From NCBI GenBank assembly GCA_977020255.1, contig CDROCS010005398.1, forward strand, positions 1 through 64,000: DNA of 64,000 bases, given 5' to 3'. The notes under the pieces are model-generated. The model ran no database searches, was not told the DNA's origin, and was given only the letters and a program-made list of their open reading frames with translations. Numbering within the stretch: the stretch's first letter is position 1; every line of letters starts with the position of its first letter. The translations under genes were made by a program, and so were the position numbers. Origin of the DNA: Obrimoposthia wandeli. Its lineage: Eukaryota. Shown here one piece after another: positions 41,274 to 51,048 of this stretch.

Positions 41274-41609
41274 CTAAAGTGCAGCAGCTTCTACGTCAGC
41301 TACAAGTGCGTTTATTTGCGCGATATTGTCTGTCATTTCAGCACGGAAATCATCCGCAACCGTTTTAACAGGTAGCGTAAGGTAAGTTTCAAGCTGTACA
41401 ACTAACAACTTCAATAACGCAGATTAAGTCGCCGTATTTTGCTCTTATTCTAACGCTAACAATGCAGAACTAATTGCAAAGTGTTGTGTTTTTGGTTGGT
41501 CTGCTTTCGCTAAATGCCTATTTACTTTTAACTCAGCGTAATCAACAAATTGTAATTTAACGTCGATGTCGTTGTTTAGCTTTTCTAAAAATTGTGTATT
41601 ATCAGTCAT
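41274..41609 (-). pseudogene. Hypothetical 'gene X', second copy with a nonsense mutation
   Basis: Paralog of 56181-56516. The codon TAC (Tyr) is TAA at 41424-41426. Confidence 0.88.
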
Positions 41610-41677
41610 ATGTATACCTTTGTTTTTAAATGCTTACTTAAACCAATAAGCAGCAATTTTTGAAAAATGGTATAACG

Positions 41678-41707
41678 AAAAAAAGCCTGCTCAATGAGCA
41701 GGCTTTT
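41678..41707 (-). terminator. tRNA operon terminator, copy 2
   Basis: AAAAAAAGCCTGCTCAATGAGCAGGCTTTT. Confidence 0.8.
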
Positions 41708-41736
41708 CCGAATTCCAATTACTTGGAATAAATAAG

Positions 41737-41813
41737 TGGTCGGTGATAGAGGATTCGAACCTCTGACCCCCTGGTTCCAAACCAGGTGCGCTACCAAGCT
41801 GCGCTAATCACCG
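41737..41813 (-). tRNA. tRNA-Pro(TGG), G37A variant
   Basis: Identical fold to the other copies, but the anticodon loop reads TT TGG AA instead of TT TGG GA. Confidence 0.85.
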
Positions 41814-42045
41814 AACATGGTGCGGAAGGAAAGACTTGAACTCTCACACCCTAAGATACTATACCCATGATCTTTGATAATGCTTCTCATCGAGAAAAAA
41901 GAATTGAAATTTAATTTAATAAGATCAAACTAGGAACATGAAAATATTACTCACTATTAGGCGACAATTAACTTGTCCGGTTGACGACAACTAGCTTGGC
42001 CGGTTTTGGTACACTCTAAGCATATGAAATCTTTCGGAGATCGAT

Positions 42046-43544
42046 ATGCCTGGGAAGCCCATAACCCAACAACAGGTTAAGTTATATATGTCTTATCGTA
42101 ATCAACCCAAACAATCTCAGGCTAAAGCAGCAGCGAAAGCCGGTATATCAGAGCGAACAGCTCGACGTATTGATACTCAGCAACATCAAGTGCAAGGTCA
42201 GCCAAGACAATACCGTACGCGTAAAGATCCATTTGATGGCTTGTTCGAGGCACATCTAGTGCCGTTATTAAAAACTAATCCGGCCTTACAACCAATTACC
42301 CTACTCGATGCACTAGAAGAGCATGCGCCTGGCAAATTCGACCATAAGCACTTGAGAACCCTGCAACGCAGGGTTAAACGCTGGCGAGCTAAAGAAGGAC
42401 CAGATCAAGAAGTTATATTCCTTCAACTTCACACTCCCGGTGATATGGGGATCTCTGATTATACTTGGGCAAATGAACTCAATATTTCGATTGCAGGTGT
42501 CTCTTTCAAACATAAACTTTATCACTATCGTTTGGTCTATAGCGGCTGGACATATGTGCAAACAATACTCGGTGGAGAAAGCTTTGAATCGCTTTCTTCT
42601 GGCTTTCAAAATGCACTCTGGGCAAGTGGTGGCGTGCCACTGAAACACCGTACTGATAGCCTTAGCGCTGCATTTAAAAATCACACTGAAGAGACGATAC
42701 TCACCCAGCGATATGAAGCTCTATGCAAACATTATGGAGTCAACCCGACCCGAAATAACAAAGGGGTCGCGCATGAAAACGGGGCAATTGAATCCCCAAA
42801 TCGTCATTTAAAACGGAAAATGGAGCAGCAGCTACTGTTGAGAGGAAGTCGTGACTTTAATGCGCTGGCCGACTACAACCAGTTCATCAATCTAATTGTC
42901 GCGAAAATTAATCGCCAGTGTAAAACACGATTTGAAGAAGAAAAAGTGCATCTCTCAGCACTACCTTGTCGTCGTACTAATGAATTTAGCGAGCAATTTG
43001 TCAAAGTATCATCAAGCAGTACTATCAATGTAAAAAGAGTGACTTACACAGTGCCATCACGACTTATCGGCAGTGGATTACTGGTACACATTTTTGATGA
43101 CCGATTAGTATTATTCTACGGCCATGAGCTAACACTTACGCTTGATCGCGTTTATGCTGAAGCTCCTTTACGAGCTCGCAGCATCAACTATCGGCATATT
43201 ATTCATTCCTTGGCCAAAAAACCGAATGCATTTAAGTGTTCACGCATTCGTGACGACATCGTTCCTGTTGGTGATATGTCACTGCTGTGGCAGCAATTAA
43301 CAGCTCATAGCGTGAGCGACTCTGATTGTAAATACATGGTTAACTTACTGTTGCTTGCACACAATTATGATTGTGAGGGAGCACTAGGCGTTATGTATTA
43401 GCGAGTATTGAAAGCGGTCAGCGAGCCACCATTGAGCAGTGCAGAAAATTGTTCGGCCCTGAACGAATTGAAGTGCCGAAGATTAGCACTCAACAACACA
43501 GTCTTAGTGGTTATGATAATTTAATCGGAGGGTTAAATGGCTAA
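42046..43544 (+). CDS. istA: IS21 transposase IstA (1-bp frameshift near 43390)
   Basis: HTH, DYTW, GGVP..HRTDSL, GVAHENGAIES. The tail continues in another frame to TAA at 43542-44. Confidence 0.88.
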
Positions 43545-44308
43545 TGGGCCGTACAAAGCTTACCTATATTGCTCTGGGAAGAGTTACGAGCATGCCATTG
43601 CTAAAGCATGGCCGGAATTGTCAAAGAAAGCAGTCGAAGAACAGTGGCAACCAGAAGTATTTCTCGCTGAGCTCTGTGAAATAGAAGCGTCACATCGCTA
43701 TGAAAACAAACTAAAACGTTTATTAAAAGACAGCCAATTGCCCATTGGGAAACAGTTGTCACAGTATGATTTCAGTGAGGTATCGGGGATCTCAGCACAG
43801 CAAATAAAACAAAAAATGCAGAACTTGGACTGGCTTAGGCAGGGTCACAATATCTTATTATTTGGCGCTAGCGGGCTTGGTAAAACGCATCTAGCCTCAG
43901 CGCTAGGTTACGCCCTCATTGAGCAATCAGTTCGGGTTAAATTCAGTACCAGTACGGCCTTAGTGCAGTTGTTACAGAGGGCAAGAGAAGAACTTAGGCT
44001 CGAGGAAGCGCTCAATAAATTAGACAAATACGAGCTGTTGATACTTGATGATATTGGTTATGTGAAAAAGAGTGACAGTGAAAGTCAGGTGTTATTTGAG
44101 TTGATCGCACATCGTTATGAACGTGGAAGTCTTTTGATTACAACAAATCAAGCGTTTAGTGAGTGGGATAGTATATTTGGTGACAATATGAGGACCAGCT
44201 GCAGCGATCGACAGACTTGTACATCACGCGGTAATTTATCAAATAGAAGGGGAAAGTTATAGAAAGAAACAAGCAATGAAATCGAATGCTAAAAACCGGC
44301 CAAGTTAA
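43537..44308 (+). CDS. istB: IS21 helper ATPase IstB (frameshifted ends)
   Basis: GASGLGKTHLA, LLILDDIGY, ITTNQAFSEWDSIFGD. AAIDRLVHHA...EGESYRKK appears in a shifted frame. Confidence 0.88.
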
Positions 44309-45476
44309 TTGACGCCAACCGGCCAAAGTAGTTGACGTCTAATACTCACACACCAAGAAAAGCTAACCTTAGAGTCACGCCACAGAAAAAGCAGTGATAA
44401 ACGTGAGTGTGACCGAATTAAAGCAATTTTACTCTCTGCTGAAGGTTGGTCAACAATGATGATATCTCAAGCTCTTCGAAATCATCAAACAAGTATTATT
44501 CGTCACCTAAATGATTATATATCTAATGAGAAACTCACTTCAGAAAATGGTGGTTCAGATAGTTATTTGAATGAAGTACAAACAGAAGTCGCTATCGCTC
44601 ATCTAAGTGATATTACTTACTTTCATATGCATGATATTCGAGACTATATAAAAGACACTTTTGATGTTGAATATTCAATTTCAGGTTTGCACAAATGGCT
44701 TCATCGTAACGGCTTTAGCTACAAGCAGTTAAAAGGCGTTCCTCACAAATATGAGCAAGAAAAACAAGATGTTTTTGTTGAGGAGTATGAAGTACTAAAG
44801 GCAACGGTAGCAAGCGATGAGCCTATTTTATTCATGGATGCAACACATCCTACCCAAGCGACAAAAGTCAGCAATGCCTGGATACAAACAGGAAGAGATA
44901 AGCCAATAGAAACGACAGGCTCACGTACTCGATTAAATATTGTAGGCGCAATAAGATTGGGTCATTTAGAGGATGCAATTACGCAACAATATCCGACTGT
45001 AAATGGCGAATATATAATTGATTTTTTTTGCTGTGTAAAAGAGAAATATCCTCAAAGGAAGACAATTCATTTAATACTTGATGGTGCAGGATATCACCGT
45101 AGTAAGGTCGTCAAAAGTAAAGCGATAGAATTAGGCATTGAACTTCATTATTTGCCCCCCTACAGTCCAAATTTAAACCCTATTGAGCGGTTGTGGAAAG
45201 TAATGAATGAGCATGCAAGAAATAACAAGTATTTTTCATCAGCCAAAGAATTTCGACTGAGCATAGATACCTTTTTTGATGAGACTCTACCCAATATAGG
45301 GAATACTTTGAATGGTAGAATCAATGACAAATTTCAAACCTTCGACTTTTCATCTTGAAAGGCGACGGGTATAGAACCTAAGTCTAGCGTGTCTGCCACT
45401 TTCGCACTAACTATCAACTTATCAGCACGTAATTCTGGCAAGGGTCGATAACATCACCTTAGCGTGTTATCAAATA

Positions 45477-45553
45477 TGGGGCGACTGAAGGGGATTGAAC
45501 CCTCGACAACCGGAATCACAATCCGGGGCTCTACCAACTGAGCGACAACCGCC
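45477..45553 (-). tRNA. tRNA-His(GTG), C9 variant
   Basis: G-1, CCGGA TT GTG AT TCCGG, intact T-loop; position 9 is C as in copy 1. Confidence 0.85.
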
Positions 45554-45618
45554 ACAAACTTGTTGTTAATTTCGCGATGTAATTATAAATAATACATTAG
45601 CAAAACTAATCTTAAAAA

Positions 45619-45664
45619 TGGTAACCCCTATAGGATTCGAACCTATGGCCTACGGCTTAGAAGG
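45619..45664 (-). repeat. 3' 46 nt of tRNA-Arg(TCT): att-like duplicated half
   Basis: Matches 57020-57064 (1 mismatch) and ends just 5' of the anticodon loop. Confidence 0.9.
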
Positions 45665-45687
45665 TTATACAGGGCCAAACTAGCGCT

Positions 45688-45780
45688 TGGTGTTTAATCG
45701 GTGTAAATTTGTTTTAACTTACTTTTCAGTTAGATAGAATCGAACTTAAAATTACCCATTTACACCGTTCTTCACCGTTC
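45688..45780. repeat. Short direct and inverted repeats next to the half tRNA (possible integrase arm-type sites)
   Basis: TACACCGTTC-TTCACCGTTC tandem (45761-80); inverted CGGTGTAAAT (45699-708) versus ATTTACACCG. Confidence 0.45.
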
Positions 45781-46174
45781 TAGCTACGTTAATCGTAATT
45801 ATGGTCACAATGTATTGCATCGAAAGTGAACAATAAATTGTTGATATAATTCTGGCCACCAGCGATTGGGCAGCTATAAATGACGATTATGTTTTCTAAT
45901 ATGGATCTAATTAGTGGTGCTACTTTATATATTTTTTAAACTTCAGCTGTGAAAGTGATGAACACAATCGTTGAAATTGATGCTATCAAAGATCAACTTA
46001 ATACGGGTCTTGTTCGACAACGCATCAATTCAGATAAAATAAAAATTGAACTAGATGACTTATAAAATCGTGTGACGGATTCTGCAGCATAACGCGATGA
46101 CTGGTGCTAACCAAGCTAAGCGAAAATATTTTCGACCAATTTGATAAGCAACAGCAATTGAATCTGGACTAAAA

Positions 46175-47233
46175 CTACTCGTCTGCACCTTTAGGTCGAC
46201 GCATATTACAAGTCTGACAAAGTGGATTAGTCATGTAATTCTCACGTAAGTGATGGTATTCAGTACTGTGCCAAATATCTGCCACAGATTTTTGATTCAG
46301 GTTACCAAAATTTCCCAATTTTTTTCGTTGCTGATCTGGTGCACAACAAACATTAAAACGCCCATTTGGATCTACCCACATCTCTTTGCCAAGAAAAGGA
46401 CACTCCCCCTCTGGAGAAATATTATCTATTTCCGTTGGATCCAATTCAAAAAAGTTTTCGAGTAACATCTTATGTTCGCTAACATGATTGTGCCTATCTA
46501 CAATGTCATGGCAAATTTTCACGGTCTCATTCCAACACTTTATTGAGTCACTATCCTTACGCAATGATAACGATTTTATCTCTTCAAAATGTGCCCATAA
46601 ATGATGACCTTTTACACGGTCAAAACCAAGTTCAATGGCCATTTCGACCATCTGTGGGATCTCGGCTATATTCGACTCCAAAAATGTTAATTGCATTGTC
46701 ATTTTACAATAATTATTGGTATCTTTAGCCACTTGATCACGAACAGCAATAAAACGCTTAGCATGATCTATGTGCTGCGTAAAACTAGACCGTGGCATGA
46801 TTTGCTCTTGTGTTTTAGCTGTTGCTCCATTCCATGAAATCTTAACATCACTGCCAATCGGTGTTATCCGCGTGGCCCAGTATTCAACGTTCTTTTCTTT
46901 CTCCGGACTTGGGAAAGTACCATTTGTTGTAAGGTTTATTTTTAGATTAAGCTCTTCACACAAATCTAAAATCAAATCAAAATGTCGATATAAAAGTGGC
47001 TCACCCATTGTTGAAGGAATAAGCTCTGTTATGCCAATCTCAGCAGCTTCTCGTACAACTTTTTCTACCAGCGCCTTATCCATATTTTTTCGTTGGGTTC
47101 CATTTCGCTTTCGCTCACTCTGAGGTTCAGCATGAATAGAATGATCCTCACACATAACACAATTTAGGTTACATTGATCAGGGTTAGTATCAATTGTTAT
47201 ACGCCACGGTTGAGTAGCCCTATTTTTTTTCAT
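46175..47233 (-). CDS. Radical SAM protein with C-terminal SPASM/twitch domain
   Basis: CNLNCVMC, TMGEPLL, TTNGT; C-terminal CPFLG..WVD.NG...VCC...GNL....DIW...CQTC. Confidence 0.92.
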   Translation of the reverse strand: MKKNRATQPWRITIDTNPDQCNLNCVMCEDHSIHAEPQSERKRNGTQRKNMDKALVEKVVREAAEIGITELIPSTMGEPLLYRHFDLILDLCEELNLKINLTTNGTFPSPEKEKNVEYWATRITPIGSDVKISWNGATAKTQEQIMPRSSFTQHIDHAKRFIAVRDQVAKDTNNYCKMTMQLTFLESNIAEIPQMVEMAIELGFDRVKGHHLWAHFEEIKSLSLRKDSDSIKCWNETVKICHDIVDRHNHVSEHKMLLENFFELDPTEIDNISPEGECPFLGKEMWVDPNGRFNVCCAPDQQRKKLGNFGNLNQKSVADIWHSTEYHHLRENYMTNPLCQTCNMRRPKGADE

Positions 47234-48522
47234 ATCAATCCCTTATATATTTCTTCCATATCTCTTATTTGTTTGGTGATATCTGGAATGTCGCCATTAT
47301 CACTAAACGGATAGCCTCGTTTACCTAATTTTTCTGACCACGAGGGATCATCAACCATACGCTGCATCTGCTTGGCCATATCTTCAACTGAACGATGTTC
47401 AAATAACAAGCCATTGACGTCATGGTGAACATACTCCGCCATACCGCCTGTATTTGCAGTAATAACAGGAACTCGCGCTTGCTGCGCTTCATGAATAACT
47501 AAAGGAGAGTTTTCCACCCAGATTGAAGGTACAACGATCGCATCAACTTGATTGAATACATCACGAACTATCTCTTGATTCTTATATTCAGCCACCCATT
47601 CAATTTTTTCACATTTCCCTTTTGGTAAGGCTGCAGCAATATCTTTTAGCGCTTTTGTCTCCTGGCCATGCTCCCTGCCCCAGATACGTAATATCGCATC
47701 TCCTTGAACCAACCCAAAAGCATTAATCAATTGATGGATCCCCTTCGCTGGAATATGCGTACCAATGTAACCAAAAGTAAATGATGGTTCTTGATTGCGT
47801 TCACGGTTTTTCATTCTTTCGCGATCGAAACCATAATCGAGATAAACGCTTTTTTCCTTTGGTAACCCAAAATCTTGTTCATAACGATTTTTAAGGTAAT
47901 GGGCTGGAGAAATAAACAGATCAACCTGATCAACTACTTGACGAATATGTGCCATTCTCCTTTCTACCCAGCCCTCCCAATAAGCAATATCAATTTCTCT
48001 TTCTTCATTAGCTCCTGAAAAATAACGAGCATAGCATTGTGTTGCACATTTTTTGTTTTCTTGACCATCACAAGCAGCCCACAAGTTCTGTTCTTGAGAA
48101 TGCATCTGCATGAACTGCCCTCGAGGGCACATCAACCAATAGTCATGTAATGTATATACAACAGGAATATTATTTTTCTTTGCTTCAAAAACAAGTGATG
48201 TGGATAAGTGATTAAGGTGACCAATATGCACTATATCTGGTTTCACTTGCTCAAGTACTTTTGCAAATTCTTGGTCAATGACATCCAAACGGTAACGGTC
48301 TTTATGCCTAGGGTTATTCGTTATATATAATTTAATGCGTGGATCATCAACGTCAGTTTCATAACGCATTGCCCCATCAGCTCTAAAAGGGTCTTCTTCT
48401 CGTGTAAATACATGAACCTCATGCCCTTGTGCAGCAAGGCCAAGGCAAAGTGTTTGAGAATATACTTCAGAACCCGCATTATAACGCATAGGATAACCAT
48501 GGATAACTTTCAAAATCTTCAT
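47230..48522 (-). CDS. Glycosyltransferase family 4 (GT-B)
   Basis: KPDIVHIGHL, YTLHDYWLMCPRG, VPSIWVENSPLVIHEA, GGMAEYV...NGLLF. Confidence 0.92.
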   Translation of the reverse strand: MKILKVIHGYPMRYNAGSEVYSQTLCLGLAAQGHEVHVFTREEDPFRADGAMRYETDVDDPRIKLYITNNPRHKDRYRLDVIDQEFAKVLEQVKPDIVHIGHLNHLSTSLVFEAKKNNIPVVYTLHDYWLMCPRGQFMQMHSQEQNLWAACDGQENKKCATQCYARYFSGANEEREIDIAYWEGWVERRMAHIRQVVDQVDLFISPAHYLKNRYEQDFGLPKEKSVYLDYGFDRERMKNRERNQEPSFTFGYIGTHIPAKGIHQLINAFGLVQGDAILRIWGREHGQETKALKDIAAALPKGKCEKIEWVAEYKNQEIVRDVFNQVDAIVVPSIWVENSPLVIHEAQQARVPVITANTGGMAEYVHHDVNGLLFEHRSVEDMAKQMQRMVDDPSWSEKLGKRGYPFSDNGDIPDITKQIRDMEEIYKGLI

Positions 48523-48525
48523 GTT

Positions 48526-49431
48526 TTATTCACCTAACTCTTTTAATTTAAAATCATTCACCAACAGCTCAATACCTTGCTTAGGTGTCACTTTAGCCTT
48601 CCAGCCTAAAAGTAACTTGGCACGCTCAGGATCACCAACAAAACGACTGACATCATATCTACGTGAGGGAGCAACTTGGATGGTCGCATCACTTTGTGCA
48701 GCTTGAATGGCAAACTCAGCCGCTTCTTGCAAAGTCGTCGCAATACCTGGTAATAAATGAATTGGCGGTAAGTCCATAATTCCCGATTCCAGTTTTGAGA
48801 TAATTAGCATTAACCCATCGATAGTGTCGGTGATATGTGTAAAGTCAAATGTATGATTCAACCCATCAACGCGTAGTTGTTCACCTAAAACTGCTGCGCG
48901 ACAAAATGCTGGTAGTACTCTATCTACATGATCATCGATACAACCGTATACATTGGCTAATCGTACAATAGCAGTTTGTAACCCCTGTACTCTTGCCGTC
49001 ATTGTCGAATCTTCCATTGCCATTTTAGATCTACCATAAATATTCACAGGATTCACAACACAGCTTTCAGCAACGGGCAGTTCAGTGGGTTCCCCATACA
49101 CTTCCCTACTACTTGCAACTAACACCCAAGGTGACAACTCACTTTCTAAAGCAATTTTAAGCAATTTCTGGCTTGCCTCCGCATTAGTTTTCCAACATAA
49201 ATCAGGGTCATTCTCACCCCAAACTACGCGAGAGACAGCTGCAAGATGTACTACCCCAGAGCATCCTTGAATTGCCTTTCTAATTTGTTCTTCATTGCAA
49301 ATACTGCCTTTAAACTCAGCAAATTCAGCGACAAGATCCAATCCAACCACGTTAAAGCCGGCATGATTCAATGCAGCGGTTAGCGCCCGGCCCACCAGCC
49401 CTTCATGCCCGGTAATTAATATCTTTTTCAT
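48526..49431 (-). CDS. NAD-dependent sugar epimerase/dehydratase (extended SDR)
   Basis: ILITGHEGLVG, VVHLAA, ASSREVYG, YGRSK, RLANVYG, FDFTHITD. Confidence 0.92.
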   Translation of the reverse strand: MKKILITGHEGLVGRALTAALNHAGFNVVGLDLVAEFAEFKGSICNEEQIRKAIQGCSGVVHLAAVSRVVWGENDPDLCWKTNAEASQKLLKIALESELSPWVLVASSREVYGEPTELPVAESCVVNPVNIYGRSKMAMEDSTMTARVQGLQTAIVRLANVYGCIDDHVDRVLPAFCRAAVLGEQLRVDGLNHTFDFTHITDTIDGLMLIISKLESGIMDLPPIHLLPGIATTLQEAAEFAIQAAQSDATIQVAPSRRYDVSRFVGDPERAKLLLGWKAKVTPKQGIELLVNDFKLKELGE

Positions 49432-49487
49432 ACATATATCCTTACTTGAATTACTACAATACTTTATGCTTTACCATTGAGATGCTT

Positions 49488-51044
49488 CTAAGAAGACCAC
49501 AGGTATTTAACACCTAGATTTTTAGCTTCATCTATTGCTTGTTGGAATGAACCGACGATAGGCACACCACGTCCGTTAAATGAGGTATTTATCACCCCAT
49601 ATATCTGATATTCATCATGCAGTGTTCTTAAAATCTGATAAATATGGTTATTGTCGAAAGAGCTCTTGCTAATGACTTGGGCGCGTACTGAATCATCAGC
49701 ATGAATACAACCTGAAAATGCCATTTTCCATGTTGATTTTATCTGCCATGCGCCCAACATAAATAATGAAAGGTTTGAATCGGGTTTATAACCAATGAGT
49801 GCAGCTTCCGCTACTTCTGGGAGCATGATCGGCGCAACGGGTCGATACCATTCCCGTTGCTTAATGTCTTCGCTTAAATATTTTCTGAGTGATTTTGAGT
49901 CGGGGCGAATTAATAAACTTCGATGACCTAATGCTCTGGGGCCTATTTCAGCATCCCCTTTAAATACAGCCACAACTTCACCAGCTGCGATAAGCGCTGC
50001 CGCCTTAGCACTTTCTTGAAATACTTCAATACCTTCTGTATTAACCCCATCGCTATCATCTATATGATTTAAAAAAGCATTGTGAATTTTTATCTCGCTG
50101 CCCTTTTGCCACTCAAAGAATGCTGCAGCGCCCAATGCGAGCCCGCAATCGCTTGGTGCTGGCGGTATGTATATATTTTTAAATCCCAATTCACGCTCAA
50201 TTCTTGTATTAACATGAATATTTAAGGCCGCGCCACCTGAGTAATACAGTGAAGTAGCACCTGTATTTTTTTTGAATTTTTCGATATAGCTTAACGCTTG
50301 TATTTCTATTTCACGTTGCATGCAGGCAGCAATGTCAGCACCTTTCATACCTTCAACATCAACTATTTCGGCATTGTCCATATACCAGTTATTTGTCTTT
50401 AAATTCTGATGCAAAGCTTGGGAATATTGACCGTAACTTGCTAGCCCCATCAGTTTTCCAGGTAAAGATAAATGATCGTCAAGCGATAAGTTTAATATTC
50501 TGGCAGACAATGGATTGGCGTTAAAATTATTCACAGCCTGCTTTAGCTTTGCATGCCAGCTATGATCTAAATGACATATTTTTTTGCCATCAAAATACCA
50601 TGCTGATGCGCAGGATTTCGATGCGCCACCATCAATATGGATAAGTAAACTATTTGCTTTAAAGCCACCAAAGAAAGGTAAGCATGTACCAATGTGAGCC
50701 ATCTCATGTGCAATAACATGTTTATTTTCAGCTGTCTTTTTAAGCATCTCTTCAATAGCAAAGTTCGTGATATCGTCAAATATAACGTCACCACAGTCAC
50801 TATGAAATTGATTGCTCATAAACGAATTAGCCAACACCCATTGCACATCATCTTCATTGTTTAACCAAGGCTTGAGTAGTTTACTAATATATTCATTCAG
50901 TCTGCCATCATGTTTATGCTGCGTGAACCTTTCTAACTCGCAGCTGTAAATAACAGCGCCATTTTGCATAACAGCAACACCATGATCATGAGAACGGTAT
51001 TGCCCCGTGACATCCGCATCGCCATATACTCCAATCGTAAACAT
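49488..51044 (-). CDS. O-carbamoyltransferase (NodU/CmcH/TobZ family)
   Basis: SHD, ELERF..HKH, HEMAH, IDGG, GKLMGLASYG, GGAALN, SDCGLALGAA, EIGPRALGHRS, REWYRPVAP, NTSFN. Confidence 0.93.
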   Translation of the reverse strand: MFTIGVYGDADVTGQYRSHDHGVAVMQNGAVIYSCELERFTQHKHDGRLNEYISKLLKPWLNNEDDVQWVLANSFMSNQFHSDCGDVIFDDITNFAIEEMLKKTAENKHVIAHEMAHIGTCLPFFGGFKANSLLIHIDGGASKSCASAWYFDGKKICHLDHSWHAKLKQAVNNFNANPLSARILNLSLDDHLSLPGKLMGLASYGQYSQALHQNLKTNNWYMDNAEIVDVEGMKGADIAACMQREIEIQALSYIEKFKKNTGATSLYYSGGAALNIHVNTRIERELGFKNIYIPPAPSDCGLALGAAAFFEWQKGSEIKIHNAFLNHIDDSDGVNTEGIEVFQESAKAAALIAAGEVVAVFKGDAEIGPRALGHRSLLIRPDSKSLRKYLSEDIKQREWYRPVAPIMLPEVAEAALIGYKPDSNLSLFMLGAWQIKSTWKMAFSGCIHADDSVRAQVISKSSFDNNHIYQILRTLHDEYQIYGVINTSFNGRGVPIVGSFQQAIDEAKNLGVKYLWSS

Positions 51045-51048
51045 ATAG

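Larger units (their letters stand above)
41955..44344 (+). mobile_element. IS21-family element
   Basis: Ends TATTAG.../...CTAATA with internal repeated TTGGCCGGTT-like blocks; 5-bp target duplication CTCAC (41950-54 and 44345-49); istA-istB. Confidence 0.93.
41938..45358 (+). pseudogene. IS630 transposase interrupted by IS21 (41938-41954 plus 44350-45358)
   Basis: Rejoined frame: MKILLTHQEKLTLESRHRKSSDKRECDRIKAILLSAEGWSTMMISQAL...FMDATHP...LILDGAGYH...LPPYSPNLNPIERLWK. Confidence 0.93.
41862..45371 (+). mobile_element. IS630-family element (about 1.1 kb) carrying a nested IS21
   Basis: TA duplication (41860-61 and 45372-73) in a CTAG target; imperfect ends TACCCATG.../...ACGGGTA; transposase split by IS21. 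Confidence 0.92.
41818..45405 (-). pseudogene. tRNA-Leu(TAG) split by IS630 (3' part 41818-41861, 5' part 45372-45405)
   Basis: Both halves rejoin at a duplicated TA. The 5' half also lacks 9 nt of the D arm (ACCAATTCC on the + strand). Confidence 0.9.
41126..45664 (-). repeat. tRNA-operon repeat copy 2 (terminator-gene X-terminator-Pro-Leu::IS-His-Arg 3' half)
   Basis: After removing IS 41862-45371, it aligns by eye with about 56056-57064, with substitutions and a different His-Arg spacer. Confidence 0.92.

Noticed and set aside
41606-41797. ORFs at 41606-41797, 56513-56704 and 56899-57090
   Set aside because: Reading frames running through tRNA genes (Pro, His/Arg); not proteins.
43385-44308. 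Programmed frameshifting in istA/istB
   Set aside because: Several independent indels at non-slippery sites; more consistent with decay or consensus error in a multicopy repeat.
45958-46067. Short ORF MNTIVEIDAIKDQLNTG... next to the att-like site
   Set aside because: About 36 codons with no recognisable motif; cannot be supported as an integrase, excisionase or other gene.
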